64,000 bases of DNA from Ministeria vibrans ATCC 50519 (lineage: Eukaryota; Protista; Filasterea), in the NCBI GenBank assembly GCA_943704425.1, contig CALSCP010001986.1:1-64000 (forward strand). The letters run 5' to 3'. The translations under genes and the position numbers were made by a program. Below the pieces are notes generated by a model. It had not been told where the DNA came from. It did not search any database and saw nothing but the letters and a program-made list of their open reading frames with translations. Of this stretch, positions 10,170 to 23,437 are shown piece by piece. Position 1 is the stretch's first letter. Each line of letters begins with the position of its first letter.

Positions 10170-13100
10170 ATGCTCGCTGCACGAGAGTCGCCTCCACGAG
10201 ACTCCTCAGCGGAAGGGTCATTGATCACTTCTAAGCCAAACGATTCATTTGTCACCGTACGACTCACAAACACACCCGCAGACGCACACATACACCCACC
10301 CACATAACACACCCACCCAGCTCTGTGTGGATCGCGCGATAAGAACCCCTATTTGTGTCTTGACATTTGCGCGCCCAAAATGAAAACGCAATGCTCTGTC
10401 TCTCTCGCAGATTGACGCTCGCAAGGCGCTGCTGCTGGAGAAGCGGCTCACTGGCGAACCGCTGAAAGGGGTTCCTTCGGCGAGCAATGCCGCGCCGCCT
10501 GCGCCCTTTGTAAAGGCCGTAGAGCAGAGCTCGGCTGTTTCGACAACCGCGCCAAGAAGCATGTTCGCCATGGCGGCCGCTGCTGCGCCCACGCTGCCGG
10601 CTCCCGCGCCCGTGGCGTTGTCTGCCACTGTTCCCTGCACTGCTCCCTTCGCGCACCCTGCAGCCTGTCAGAACAGCAACTTGTCGATGGCGTCGTCGTG
10701 CTCCTCATCAGCGCCTGACACATCGTCGCGCGACGCTCCTGCCACCCCGGCCCATTTCCACGACACCTCCGCTTTGCGACCACCCCAACAACACCAGTCG
10801 GATGGCCCGGCCCTCTTGGGCGCTCGCGTGCCCAGCGACCTGAAACGCACTGCATCTGCCGCCAATTTGACCGCGTCAAACAGCAATGCTGGTGGTGAGA
10901 ACACCTCGAAGAAACCTCGACGATTGTACTCGACGCGCGAAGACGAACTCATCGAGCAAGGTGTTCTTATGGGTCTGTCGTGGGATCGCATTGTCGAGTG
11001 GGCACATCTTGATCGTTCGCCGGCACAAGTGCAAAATCGCCATCGTCGACTGCTCAAACTCCGACGACAAGCAGCCCGCGCGTCATCAGCAACCACCACC
11101 ACCACTACCACTACAACAACGACAGCGACTGCCGACCAACAACAACAACAACAACAACAACAGCAGCAGCAGCAGAGTCTGGATGGACAGGAATCACGCA
11201 CAAGCAACGCTGCCGCTGCCTCCGCTGCTGCAGACGAAGATGGTGATGTTGTCTTTTTAGGCAGCCCAGACAACTCACTCGATGGACACTTGTCGACCAA
11301 CAACAAGAAGCATTCTCCCATTCGCTCCATCACCGCCTACTTCTTGCCCAATCCGTCCTCCAACCCAGACACCCACCACACCAAGACCAACGACACCCTT
11401 GACAACAGCATCCAACCCACTCCTGCTCCTTCCCAACCCACTTCCGCACCCTCACTCCCCCCTAACCCTAACCCCAGCACTACCACCACCGCTACTACTA
11501 CTACTACTCCCACCATCACTTTCACAGCGACCACAGAAGAGACACTCCGTCTACGCGCCCGTCTCGACGAACTTGAGCAGCGCGTTCGGGAGCACACTCG
11601 CGTCACAACTCAGCTGCGCGAAGAGAACACGGCGTTGCGAGAAGACCTCCAACGCTCGCGAAACGACTACGATACGCTGGCACAGGAGGCGGCAACATAC
11701 CGCGATCGCAGTAGCGACGTAGTCCGCGACATGCTGGTGCACCAGTCGAAGCTGGAGCGGGAGAGCGCGCGCGTGCGCGTCGCGCAGAACGAAAATCGAC
11801 TGTCGCGTCTGGAAGGACGACGACAGGGCGTCGAGTTTGTCGAATGTTGGGTCGACGGCACGGCCTTTACCGAGCTGGAGGAGCACCTGGCAGCAGTGGC
11901 GGCCGAGCTCAAGGCCTTGGACACACGCAAGGCTCTCTTGCGCAAAATGCGTCCGGCAGTTATGGCTGCTGCCGCTGCCGCTACTGCTGCTGCCGCTGCC
12001 GCCGCCGCTACTACTACTGCTACTACCACTACCAGTACTACTACTCCCACTGTACCCACCACTTCAACCGTGGTCGATGCCGACGGTTTTCTCAAACCTG
12101 TTCAACATCCACTTCCTCTTGGCGCCTCCGCCACCGCAACCACCGGCATGCCCGCAGTCCCCGCTGCCAACTCAGAGCCTGTCATGACCGTCGACGAGTA
12201 CAACGAGAACGATGAAGTGCTAAAGTTGCGACAGACGGCGCTGCGTCAGGAGGAGATTCGATTGGGGGAGGAACGAGAGCGTCTCGAGCGCCAGCGCAAC
12301 CTTCACATTCGTGAAGTGAAGCGCATTCGCGACGAGAACAGCTCGCGCTTCAAAGACCATCCATTGCTGCACCAGCGCTACCAATTGCTTCACCTGCTTG
12401 GCAAGGGCGGCTTCAGCGAGGTGTTCAAGGCATACGACTTGGAGGCACACCGACCGGTCGCCTGCAAGATCCACCAGCTCAACGAGGCGTGGACGGAACA
12501 GAAAAAAACGAGCTACATCAAGCATGCGTGTCGTGAGTATGAAATCCACAAGCAGCTCGAACACCCGCGCATCGTCAAGCTGTACGATGTCTTTGAGATT
12601 GACGCCAACTGCTTTTGTACCGTGCTTGAATTCTGTGAGGGCAACGACCTCGATTTTGTGCTGAAGCAACAGAAGCACCTGAGCGAGAAGGAGGCGCGCA
12701 GCATTATTGTGCAGCTTTTCAGTGCGCTGCGCTATCTTAACACGGAGATTGACCCGCCCGTTATCCACTACGACCTCAAGCCAGGCAACATTCTCGTGCA
12801 TCACGGCGAGATCAAGATCACCGATTTCGGCCTGTCCAAGATCATGGAGCAACGTGATGCCTTTGAAGGGGGCGCCGACCTCACCGAGGGCATGGAGCTG
12901 ACCAGCCAGGGTGCAGGCACCTACTGGTACCTGCCGCCCGAGTGCTTTGAAGTGGGCCGTCGTCCGCCAAAGATCAGTAGCAAGGTAACGCCAGAACATG
13001 AAGCATTGAAGAGATGCGATTTGTCGTTCCAGTATTATACTAATTCAACCTAATGCACGATACCATTGATTAGGTCGACGTCTGGTCTGCGGGCGTCATC

Positions 13101-13464
13101 TTCTTCCAGATGCTCTATGGACGCAAACCCTTTGGCGATGCCATGTCGCAGCGGGCTATTCTCAACGACCGTGTCATTCTCAATGCGCGTGCCGTTGTCT
13201 TCCCCACTACCAAAGATCTGAAAGTCTCCGATGGCGCAAAGGTATCATCACATCACAGTCAATGATTAGAGAAACGAATAGTTGCTAATCATTAATACAT
13301 TTTTATTTGGAAATGTCTTCATCTTCTTGGAAATCTTCTTCTTCTAATATTTATTTTTTCAGAAATTTATCGAACGCTGTCTGATGTACCGTAAAGAGGA
13401 CCGCCCCGATGTGGTTGCAGCCGCACAGGAGCCCTACTTGCGACAGACCAAAATTGGAAAATGA
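10170..13464 (+). CDS. TLK: Tousled-like Ser/Thr kinase with an extra Myb/SANT-like domain
   Basis: Exons: 10170-10256, 10411-12984, 13074-13241, 13363-13464. N-terminal [15 protein letters not shown] resembles the TLK motif LDPRRQELLEARF. Also present: coiled coils, [49 protein letters not shown] and [20 protein letters not shown]. Confidence 0.95.
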
Positions 13465-13779
13465 AATGCTCAATTCATTCACTGTACACAAATTTATTAT
13501 TATAATTTTCAATAGCTGTTGCTTTTCGTTTGTGATTGATAATAATAAATTGGAAATAATATCTTCTTCTTCTTATAATTTTCAATATTAATAATAAAAT
13601 TGATAACAATAATAAAATTTTCATCTTGTTCTCAAGGCATTGAACAAGATCTTATAGTCCTACTCTGTTGTCTTGTCTCTCATTTTTTTTCACTTTATTT
13701 TATTCCTATCTCGCACTATTTTTTTGTTTCTCTTCTCTCTCTCTCTCTTTCTTTCTCACTCATACGGTCAAAATCCCGA

Positions 13780-16700
13780 TTAAAAGTCATCGAGACGATC
13801 GACGAGGCGCGAACGCGAGAGGAGTCCACTCTTCTCGGTGATATGGTCATCGGCTTCGTCCATACCAGGTGCATCCACACCTGCAATGGCCTCGGCCACA
13901 GCCTGACGCACCACCTGCTGCGTCACGACCAAGTGTGATTGGTGCGAGCGACGGACTGCAACAAGAACGCACAGTAGGAGAGTGGCACACAACACAATAG
14001 CAACAATGTTGTTGGTCGACAGGAATCCGGTCGAGCCCGACAGTGGCGATAGTGCACTCACAGGCTCGTGGTTCTCGCTCCAGACCACACGCACAGGCGA
14101 CGACTGGTCGGCGTGTGCCAGCCACTCTGTCTCTGCCAAAAGTGTGCGCTCTGGCGTCACCTCGGTGCTGTTGTTGTCTGCCCAGAGCGTCTCATAAAGA
14201 CGCGCGACAAGGGATGCCGCCGACACTCGGTCGTTGCCATGGATTGCAATGGTCAGGTCTGGGTAGCCACTATTGTCCGAGTCGACCTCGACCTGGAAGT
14301 GACGGTGGTCCACTTGAAGCAGACGCACCAGTTCGCTCTCGACGGCAAGCGCACATCGCTCACGCGCCGCCGTTGCGTCATTGGCATCGAGTAGCGCCAA
14401 ACGACGACGCAGTTTGATGTGCTGCACACTGGCACGTACTGTCGCCAGGGTCACTCCCACCATGTCAAACTCCCAGTGCATGCTAGTGGGCATGGCGTTG
14501 CCCGCGACATCCTTGATGTCATACACCGTCATGCGCACCGCCGCACCCTCAACCTTCGCCCAGGGCACAGCCGCCCCAAACTCTACCAGCACACTGCGGC
14601 CCTGGCACACCACCAGCAGTTCGTTGGCGCCGGTCGATTTCCATTTGTATGTGGCACCCGCAATGGTCGACGCGGCCGTCACCGTAAACAAATAGGGAGT
14701 GCGGCAGTCGATAGGCTCGTCAAAAGTGATGCTCACACTCTTGCCAGGACTGTACTTGCCGTCGGCCGGCTCGGCAAAGTGACCAAAGACGCGTGGAGCC
14801 TGGCGGTCAATGGTGCCGCGCACGACGTGCGACGACTGCTCGTTGATGCCTGGCGGCGGCTGAGCCATGTTGGCCGGCTTGCACAGGGTGCGCAGACGCA
14901 GGTCGTAGGTACCGTCGGGAATGCTCGCCACGTCCCAGTACACCGTGGCATAGCCAAACATGGTCTGGAGCGACGCAAGTCCTCCCTCAACCGGCAGCTC
15001 CGCCGTCTCGTCAGCCATGATCATCGTCGCGGGACTCCACAGGGCACCGCCCACCACGCGGTACTCGAGGACCACACTCGTAATGCGTGTGCCATCTGCC
15101 GTCCACGACTGCTCCACCACGTTCTTGTTGAGCGCCACCACGCGCAACTGGTTCTTGTGCTTGTTCTGCCAGTCTCCCTTCTCCGCCGTGTGCGTGTTCA
15201 CCGTGAACGTGNNNNNNNCGTCCACGACTGCTCCACCACGTTCTTGTTGAGCGCCACCACGCGCAACTGGTTCTTGTGCTTGTTCTGCCAGTCTCCCTTC
15301 TCCGCCGTGTGCGTGTTCACCGTGAACGTGTTCATAGCATCCGCCGCGAGATCCTCGGCAAAATCCACGGGCGGACACGGCTCGAGAAACTCAACGGGAA
15401 TGTCAATGGTGGCGCCAATGACATCACGTCCGCTCGGCATGCCGGCGGGGTACTCGCAGTCGGAGACAAAGCGCAGCTTAAGCGGATCATACTTGTAGTG
15501 GCCCGGCGCACGGTGGACACTGATGGCCATGCGTACGCTGCCAGGCTCAAAGTCTTTCATGATGCGCGCTCCGCTGAACGTGTCGCCGTCAATCATGATG
15601 GCCAGATTGTCGCGGTTGTCGGCGCTCGGCACGCTCAGGCGGTAGTCAGAGCCATCATTGGTTGGCGAGTCGTTCACAAGGATCACCTCGTATATCGCCG
15701 GCTGGTCTGGCATGACGGGCCCCGGTGGCCACGACGCCAAGATAAGACGCACCTGCTCGCGTGGAACCGTGTTGGGCTCGTGCACACACATGGAGCGACC
15801 GCTGAGCGTGTAAAAGACTGGCGTGCCAAAGAGCGGATCGTAGAAGATGAGCACGTCAAACTGATCGTCAATGTCGGGATCGCCCAACGAGAAGGACACG
15901 GCATTGCTGTGCACCACGCCGCCCGTCGAGGACGAGCCATGCTCCACCATGAGACCAGTGGGAATCTCCAAGCCAATGGCAAGGCCAACACCGAGGGAGA
16001 ACTCAAAGCCCAGCTTGAGCGCCGGGAGAGAAATTTCGTGGGTGTACGCGGAGCTCTTGGTGTGTTGCTCTGAATTTTCACCGCTCGCCGTGTACGTGAT
16101 GGAGGAGCCACCGCCCGAAAAGGACACACCATTGTACTCGTTCAGAGGCGTCGCCTTGAACTCGGGCAAAGCATTGCGCTTCTCGCGTGCGTCGCGACGT
16201 CGCCATTTGATTGGCGTGTCCTCGGTCCATTCTTGTGGTTCGTCGCCCGCATGAGCATTCCACTCGTCGGGAGTGAGTCCGTTGCGCTCCGACGACAAGT
16301 CTGTCTCCGAGTCGCCATCAAACTCCTTAACGCCCGACTGAAGCTTGAGTGAGTTGATGGGTGGCAGACCTGTGTTGGACGAGCCGTACAGCTTCGAGTT
16401 TCGCTGCTTGAACACCTTGAACACCTCAATGTACTGACGCGTCACATAGTTGAAGTTCTTCAGGGCTGGCACACCAGTTGGAAGGACACCTCGACTCGAT
16501 GTTGCCGAGAAGACGGCATCGAGCGCAATGGCGTCGGGCTCGGTCGATTCGCTCAGCGAGTCGGGCGCCACCTTGAAACGCTCCACAAAATCGGGCCAGT
16601 CAGAACCCTTGACGCCCGCAATGTGATGCACGGCGGCATTGTACGCGAGCAGATTGGACCAGCCATTGACAGAATTGGCAAGTTTGACCATGGTGGCCAG

Positions 16701-19700
16701 CTTGCCTCCTTCGCGCACCTCGTAGGCGAGCTGCCTAAGCACATCGGGCAGCATGCGGTAACGAATGTCCTCGTCACTCTTCCACGCAAGCACCTTGTCA
16801 CCCTCTTGCGACAGTGCGACCTTGGGCGTCGCGACAACCGAACACGAGGCAGCGTCATACTTGATGATGAGCGAACGCGACAGTTTCACCGAAAGTGACG
16901 GGACAAGGAACATGTCGGAGGGACGGCCAGCGGAAGCCGGGTCGTCGCTGGTCGAGACGGAATACTCAAACGAGAACATGCGTTCCTTCTCCCAGTTGGC
17001 CGAAGGAATGCCCTGCGCCGTACTAAAGGTGTAGCCCAGGCTACCGTCACCCGTCTCCTCCGCGTCATCATCGTCCGCCGGCTTTGTTCCTTTGCCAGCG
17101 TTTACAGCGGCCGCGGCAGCGCCTCCAAGCGATAGCTCGCGTCGTTGTCGCTCCTCGTACTCCTCGTCCGTCTCCGCTTCGCGACGCCCCAGCCCTAGTT
17201 TCATCTTGATCGACGCGCCATTCTTGCACACCATGGCACCGAGACCAGCACAAAAGTCCACCTTGTTTTTGGAGGTGGTCGCCAAGCTCGCACCCACGCC
17301 AATGGAGCCGCCGAGACTGAGCGACGCACTTGTGGCCCACGCATGCGATTTGCCGCTTGCCACTTCGGTGACGCTGTTGCCGCCGGGAGGGTCGCGCACC
17401 ACCATGAGTGGGAGGTACTCGGGCAACTGGAGCGAGAAGAATGCGCTGAGCAGCACCTCGCCGAGAATAACCACGTCCACCTCGACATGGTTGATGCCAG
17501 GCAGCGTGTCCCAGCCGGGAGTGTTCAGGGTCGCATAGAAGGGACGTGTGTAGGGCTTCTCCGATGACATGACAGCCTCGTTGCGCTCGGGCGGGAGGGT
17601 ATCACCAGTCACCAGAACCACCGGTGGCTTCTCGCTGACAGGCAGAGGGTCCTGCACAGATACCGAGAGAACCGCATCGCAGCCGGGCGCATCACCGCAC
17701 GTGTCAATTGACACAGCAACAGGCGTGGCATCCGCCACTTGTTCGGCATTGACAGGAGTGACTTCACCGGTAGCCATATTGGCACTGGCAGCCGTGATCG
17801 CCGTGGTCGTTGCAAGCTTGTTCACAATCTTGAGCGTGCCCGGCACAAAGTGGCACACGTTGGTCGGGTCCGACTCGTCGCCAAAGACCTCGCGCGCCGA
17901 CACAGCCACTTTGGTCTGCTCGGGCGCCTCGCTGTTGTCAACGTTGCCAAGAATGGTAGGGAAGGTGCGCTCGACGGCAGCGCACGCGTCCTTGTTCGAC
18001 TGTGACGCACGCGCCGTGTCCAGTACCACGACAGACACATGCGGACGGGGGTGGTACTCAAAGCGAATGGCGCGCTCGCGTGACTCAATCTCGGCCGTGC
18101 TCAGTGCGTTGGTTGCCTCGTTGCTGTCGCTTTGCGGCACCGTTTCGATGGCGGCCGTAGGGAACTCGTCATTGTCGCAGTACAGCTGCACGCGAGTTTT
18201 CTCCTGAGGCACGTGGCCTTGCGCCAGTCCCGAACCCACCTGCGTCTCCTCCTGACGCTCGTCAAACTGACGCAAGTCAACATCGGCACGGATGCGCTGC
18301 TGAATGCGAGCAAAGTAGGGGGCGACCTCGGGTCGCTCGTACACCTTGTTCAACTTGATGTCAAAGAGCGCCGCGGGCACCGTGTGCACCTTGGTCACTT
18401 CGGTTTGCACCAACGCAAACGACGCGTCGGGTACGTCACAAGTAACCTTGGGCACGAAGATAATCTCGGCCGTGCCCAAGTCAATGTTGCACTGGCGCAC
18501 TCCGCCGGCCACAGTAATCTCAATCGTCTCCGACGTCTTGTCATCAAAGTCGACGCTGGTCAGGCCCGTCTCGGGCACGATCATGTAGGGTTGCTTTTGC
18601 GACGGCGTGTTCGTACACGCAGGGTAGTTGGCCATGGTGACCGACGTCGACGGCGACACCGCGGCTGCGTCGAGCTCGAGCACGTGCATGCCAAACGTGG
18701 CGACAAACTCAACGGTGAGCCCAATGGGCACGTGCAAGGTGTACGCTCCCGTGGACGAGGTCGTCTCGCACACCACCTTGTTGCCCGTGTACCAATCGTA
18801 GGCACACACCTCAGCCTTGGGCACGGCGCACTTGGGCACGCGTGTCGTGACTGGCGTGGGTGGTTCGCGCCAACACTGACGTTGCGTCTTGTCCTTGCCC
18901 ATCATGTACGTGCGACTGCACGCCGATGTGTAGCCAGTGTCGTAGCTAATGCCAAAGACGTCGCCCGTAGCGATACTGCGCCACATTGTACACGTGCGCG
19001 TCGTTGTCCACGTCCACCATTCGCAATCGGAGCGCGCGTCGCACTTTTCGGCGCATGTCTGAAGCGTGACTGAAGTGAGTGACTCGAGCGTGCCCCCTGA
19101 ATTGCCGTAGGTGTACACGGCATTTTCATGAATGTAAGACTTCTCGCACTGCTCACCGGTGCGTCCCGGTGGACACTGGGGCACCAAGGGAGGTGTCATA
19201 CTTGCGAGCGTCACGCGAATACCCGTTGTGGCCAAACCACCAACGCCATCGTCGTACAACAACTTGGTGGGGGCCTTGTTGAACATGTGGCACAAAGACG
19301 AGCGATGAGTCCAGGCGGCACAATCCTTCTGCACGTCACAAAGAAGCGCACACGCATGCGGACTGAGCGCAAGACGCTCTTGAAAGAGCGAGCCAGCTGC
19401 AATGGTGGCGCGCGTCGTCACACGTTCCATCAGCTCGGGCGTCGCTTCCTCGCACCAGCGCTCGCGCACACGATAATCGTCCGTCTTGAGAGCCAATTCT
19501 TGTGACAGCAGCCAGCGACGACTGCAGCCCGACGCGGCGTTGGCATGAGGAATCAGTTGAATGGCCGTGTTGCCCTCGGTCTTCCATAGATCCGTCTGTT
19601 TCACACTGTAATGGCGACACACCGAGGCGACACCACTGCCCACCTCACTCAGAAAGCTCCAGCCCATACAGTCGGTGGCTCGCTCACACGAACTCGAGCA

Positions 19701-22700
19701 AAATTCGGCGGTAACAACCTTGTGACTCAAAATGGTTGCGCCACTCGAGCGCCAGACAAGACCCTCGCGAAGCAAAGACAGCTGACACGCTCGACCGCCA
19801 GCACCGTGCTCGCATGGCGCCTGCTTGCATTTGACGGCCGTGTTGCGCTGACTGCAGGCACTCACAAAGTCTGCAGCAACACAGTCACCACGCTCAACGA
19901 GCTCTCGACCACTTGGGTCGTAGCATCCCTTGCCTTCCGTTACGCTTACAACGCCATTGAGGTAGCCAAGAATACTGGTGACCTTGGGCGGCGATTGGGG
20001 CACGGACACCGTCGGATCCGTGCTCACAATCTCGCCAGAGTGGCTCAGTGCAAAAAACGAGTCACTGAGAGCCACAATAGAGCGTGCTGCAACGCCGAGC
20101 GTGTGCTCAATGTGCGGATTGAGACCCCACACGTACGTTTTACCATCGGAAGCGACAGCACCAAACGCATTCGGGGTCACCAGCACCTTGTCAATACCCT
20201 TGTTGAGGAGCTTTTGCAGGGTCGCTGAGACCTCACCACCCGAACTGCCGACGCCCCAGGCCACAACAGAGCCGTGCTCACTGAGCGCGGCAAACGCATG
20301 GTCTGTGGCATAGATAGAGGCAATGCCAGCATAGACCTTGGGCTGGATTTCGGCGGGAAGATCACCACCGCTCACAGCCGCACCCCACACGAAGACACGG
20401 CCGTCGTCACGCAGAGCAGCACAGGCACCGCGCGTCGCCACAATGTCCTTGATGTTACTCGATACAAAGCCGAGAACGGAGGAGGGAATGACCCCTCCGG
20501 AGGCGGACGGACCCGCCGCAACGACCTGGCCCGACATGTGTAGCGCACAAAACGCGTCTTTCGTGGCAACCACCTTCTTGTAGCCACTCGAGGGGGAGCC
20601 TGGCGGTAGCGTGGCAAAAGTGACACGTGCAGGACGCGCCAACAAACTCATGTCCTGAAGAGGCGACCAGGGCAACGCCGACATGTAGTCAATTTCGGCG
20701 ACCTCACGACGTCCAAATAATGAGGGAACGTAGGGCCAAAAACTGATACGACCGTCGCCAGTGAGCACCGCCAATGAGTTGTCTGCGGTGGCAACATGGA
20801 CCGGATCCAAGTTGTTCATAGGTAAGCTGGCCTGCATGCGGCCGGTCGTGGGCGACTTGACGTAGACGGTCAACGAGTTTTTGCTGTTAGCTTCGTCCTC
20901 GATGACGGCAATGTAATTCTCCCCCGTGTACACACCCAGCACCTTGAGGCCGTGTTTGGAGCCCATGCGAAGGTTTCCCCACGACTGGAAGCCACCGTCG
21001 TCGAGCACGGCCACGGAGTAGCCATAGCGAGGCGCGTCGTAAAGCGCGACGACGGGACGTCGGAAATGCTTTCGCTCGACAACACCGGAAGGTTTCACCA
21101 CGAATACCGAGCCATCGCCGTTGAGCACGGCACAGTGTTGCGCCAGACTAGAAATGGATACGGGCGCAGCAGTCTTGGAGCCCGGCACGTAGCTGGCAAG
21201 ATGTTGACTGATGGTGGCGGGCTTCTGAAAGAGCGGCTCGCCTGAGAGCTGCAAGGCGCATCGCTTGTGCTTCACATTGAAGTTCCATGCCTGGCACTTT
21301 TCGGTGTGGTCACAAACCTCGGCGCAAAGCGCCTCGCTCGTCACCTTGGTTTGCTCGACGGAAGCCTCGACCGCAACGGCACCTATATGACGCAGCTTGT
21401 CGCGGGCCTCGTGCGAGCACACCTTCTCGCCAAAGCGCTGCAAGCCGTAAGGGCTGCAGCCTGATGTAACACCCTCGCGGTACCAGAAAGGCTCCGCGGA
21501 GGACTTGGCGGAGGCTGTACTAATAAGGTAGCAACCGGTGGAACGGAACGACCACATGACCGCCCCTTTGGTGCTGAGGAGTGCGCACTCCATCCAGTCC
21601 TTCACCTGGATAGGACTTCCACCGTCCTTTGGCACGTAAAATGCCGGCTCGGCATCACGATGGAATACCTTGACGTTGCACTGGACGCCCGCATACCCAG
21701 GAGGACATTGTTCGCAGTCGCGTTGATCGCTCACCCAAGCTGTGGCGGAGCAGCTCGAGACAGCGTCAGCCACGTGCGATTGGCGCTTTGCCCAAGTGGT
21801 CACCTTTGTGAAGAGCGCACACGGGTACATTTTGGCGTAGCATGAGGGACAGTAAGACCAGGCGGTACATTCGGCACCGGCCTTTGTACAAAGCGACGCA
21901 CAGGCGTCGGCTGAAGCAGCGGGTGCGCGCAAGTCGGCGAGTGTTGGTGAAGTGGGAACGAGTGCTGTGGAGAGCATACGACGGGTCGAGGTACACGAAG
22001 GCAAGCCCATCAGGCCGGGGGGGCAGGCAGCCTGTTCGCGGCACACGGACGCGTGCTCGGGCTTTTGCGCAAACGTGAAAGAGCACCCACTGAAGGCGCC
22101 CTTGGCGTAGCGAATGCCGCCAGGATTGGTCCAGACCGAGTCAATTTGAAGGTCGCAGGTGCTTGGCGGCGAAAAGCTCCAGGCGGTACAGTCTGATTTG
22201 TCCTTGCACAAGATTCTACACGCCTTCGCGGAGGTAGCGGTCGTTTTTGTGCTCGGGCTGCCCGAGTAGACGGTGTTCTCATGCATGATGACTGTTGTGC
22301 AGTCGATACCGGTCCAACCGGGCACACATCCCTTTTGCTTGCACACACCCAACTTGTTGGTGGCCGAACACGCCGACGAAGAACCAAGCTCAAACACGGG
22401 AGTGAGCTTATCGCTCACCTGAAGACGACAGCGGTAGGGCGAGAGCGTTGCCTTGGCAAGGAAGGTCCAGCCAAAACAGGCCGCAATGGTACCGCACTCC
22501 TTCGCGCATGCGTCGAGAGTGGTAGCGTCGCTTGAGACAAACTCGGCGCCCACATAGGCAGTGTCCGCGTGAAAAAGAGGAACGGGTGCGGCGCGTCGTT
22601 GCGTGCTGAGAGCACGGCGATGGTCCAGAGCGGAACGCATCAAGTCTGACATGACGGGCGTCGTTGACGAAGAAGAGGCGGAGTAGATTTCGTCGATGCT

Positions 22701-23377
22701 GTGCTGCAACGACGAAGCCGGATCGGGCAGGGCGAAAATGGAGTGAGACGAGGTTTCGCCGTGCGACGAAGATGCCACGGGCACCGGCTCGTCGTCAACA
22801 CTACGACGGCCCGTCGTCGGTCCCACGCCGTAAACTGCCATGGGAATCTTGACGCTGCCCTGCACAGGAGCGGTGGTTGCATCAAGAAATTCCAAGCGAT
22901 GCTCAAAGTTGAGATGCTCCGCTTCAATCTTCAAAGTGCATTACAATATTTTTTTAGACTTTTTTGTTTTCCTTGTTTTGTTTTTCTTCTTACCAGTCTA
23001 GAGTTACACACGGAGCCGTCCTTGCACTTAAAAATGTGATCAATTCCTTGGGTGTTCTTCAACGCGGTGACAGTAACAATGTAATTTTCGTTGGTGAGAC
23101 AGGGCAGATTGATGTGAAAAAAGGTTTGGCCGAGTTTGTCCGTTGCCAAAGCGGCCGTGCCCGAAGGGATGCCCGAGGTGCCACAAGTGACGTCCTCAAT
23201 CTTCCATGCAATGCTAACACCTTCGACAGGATGTTCACCCTTGAGGGTGATGACATCAATAAAAATCTTCGAATCGAAGTGAATAGTCCACGGCGAGCAG
23301 CTGAGAAGGAGGAAAAACAAACAAAAAATGAGTGAGTGAGCGAGTGAGTGAGGTGTATGGTGTGTGTGCGTCTTTGT

Positions 23378-23437
<60 letters not shown>

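Noticed and set aside
15100-15378. Programmed frameshift, or two separate genes, in the giant locus
   Set aside because: Fully explained by a 112-bp contig-overlap duplication around the 7-N gap.
12220-19073. Long antisense ORFs (e.g. 12220-12999, 14419-15498, 18132-19073)
   Set aside because: They are antisense shadows of GC-rich coding exons with no recognisable motifs.
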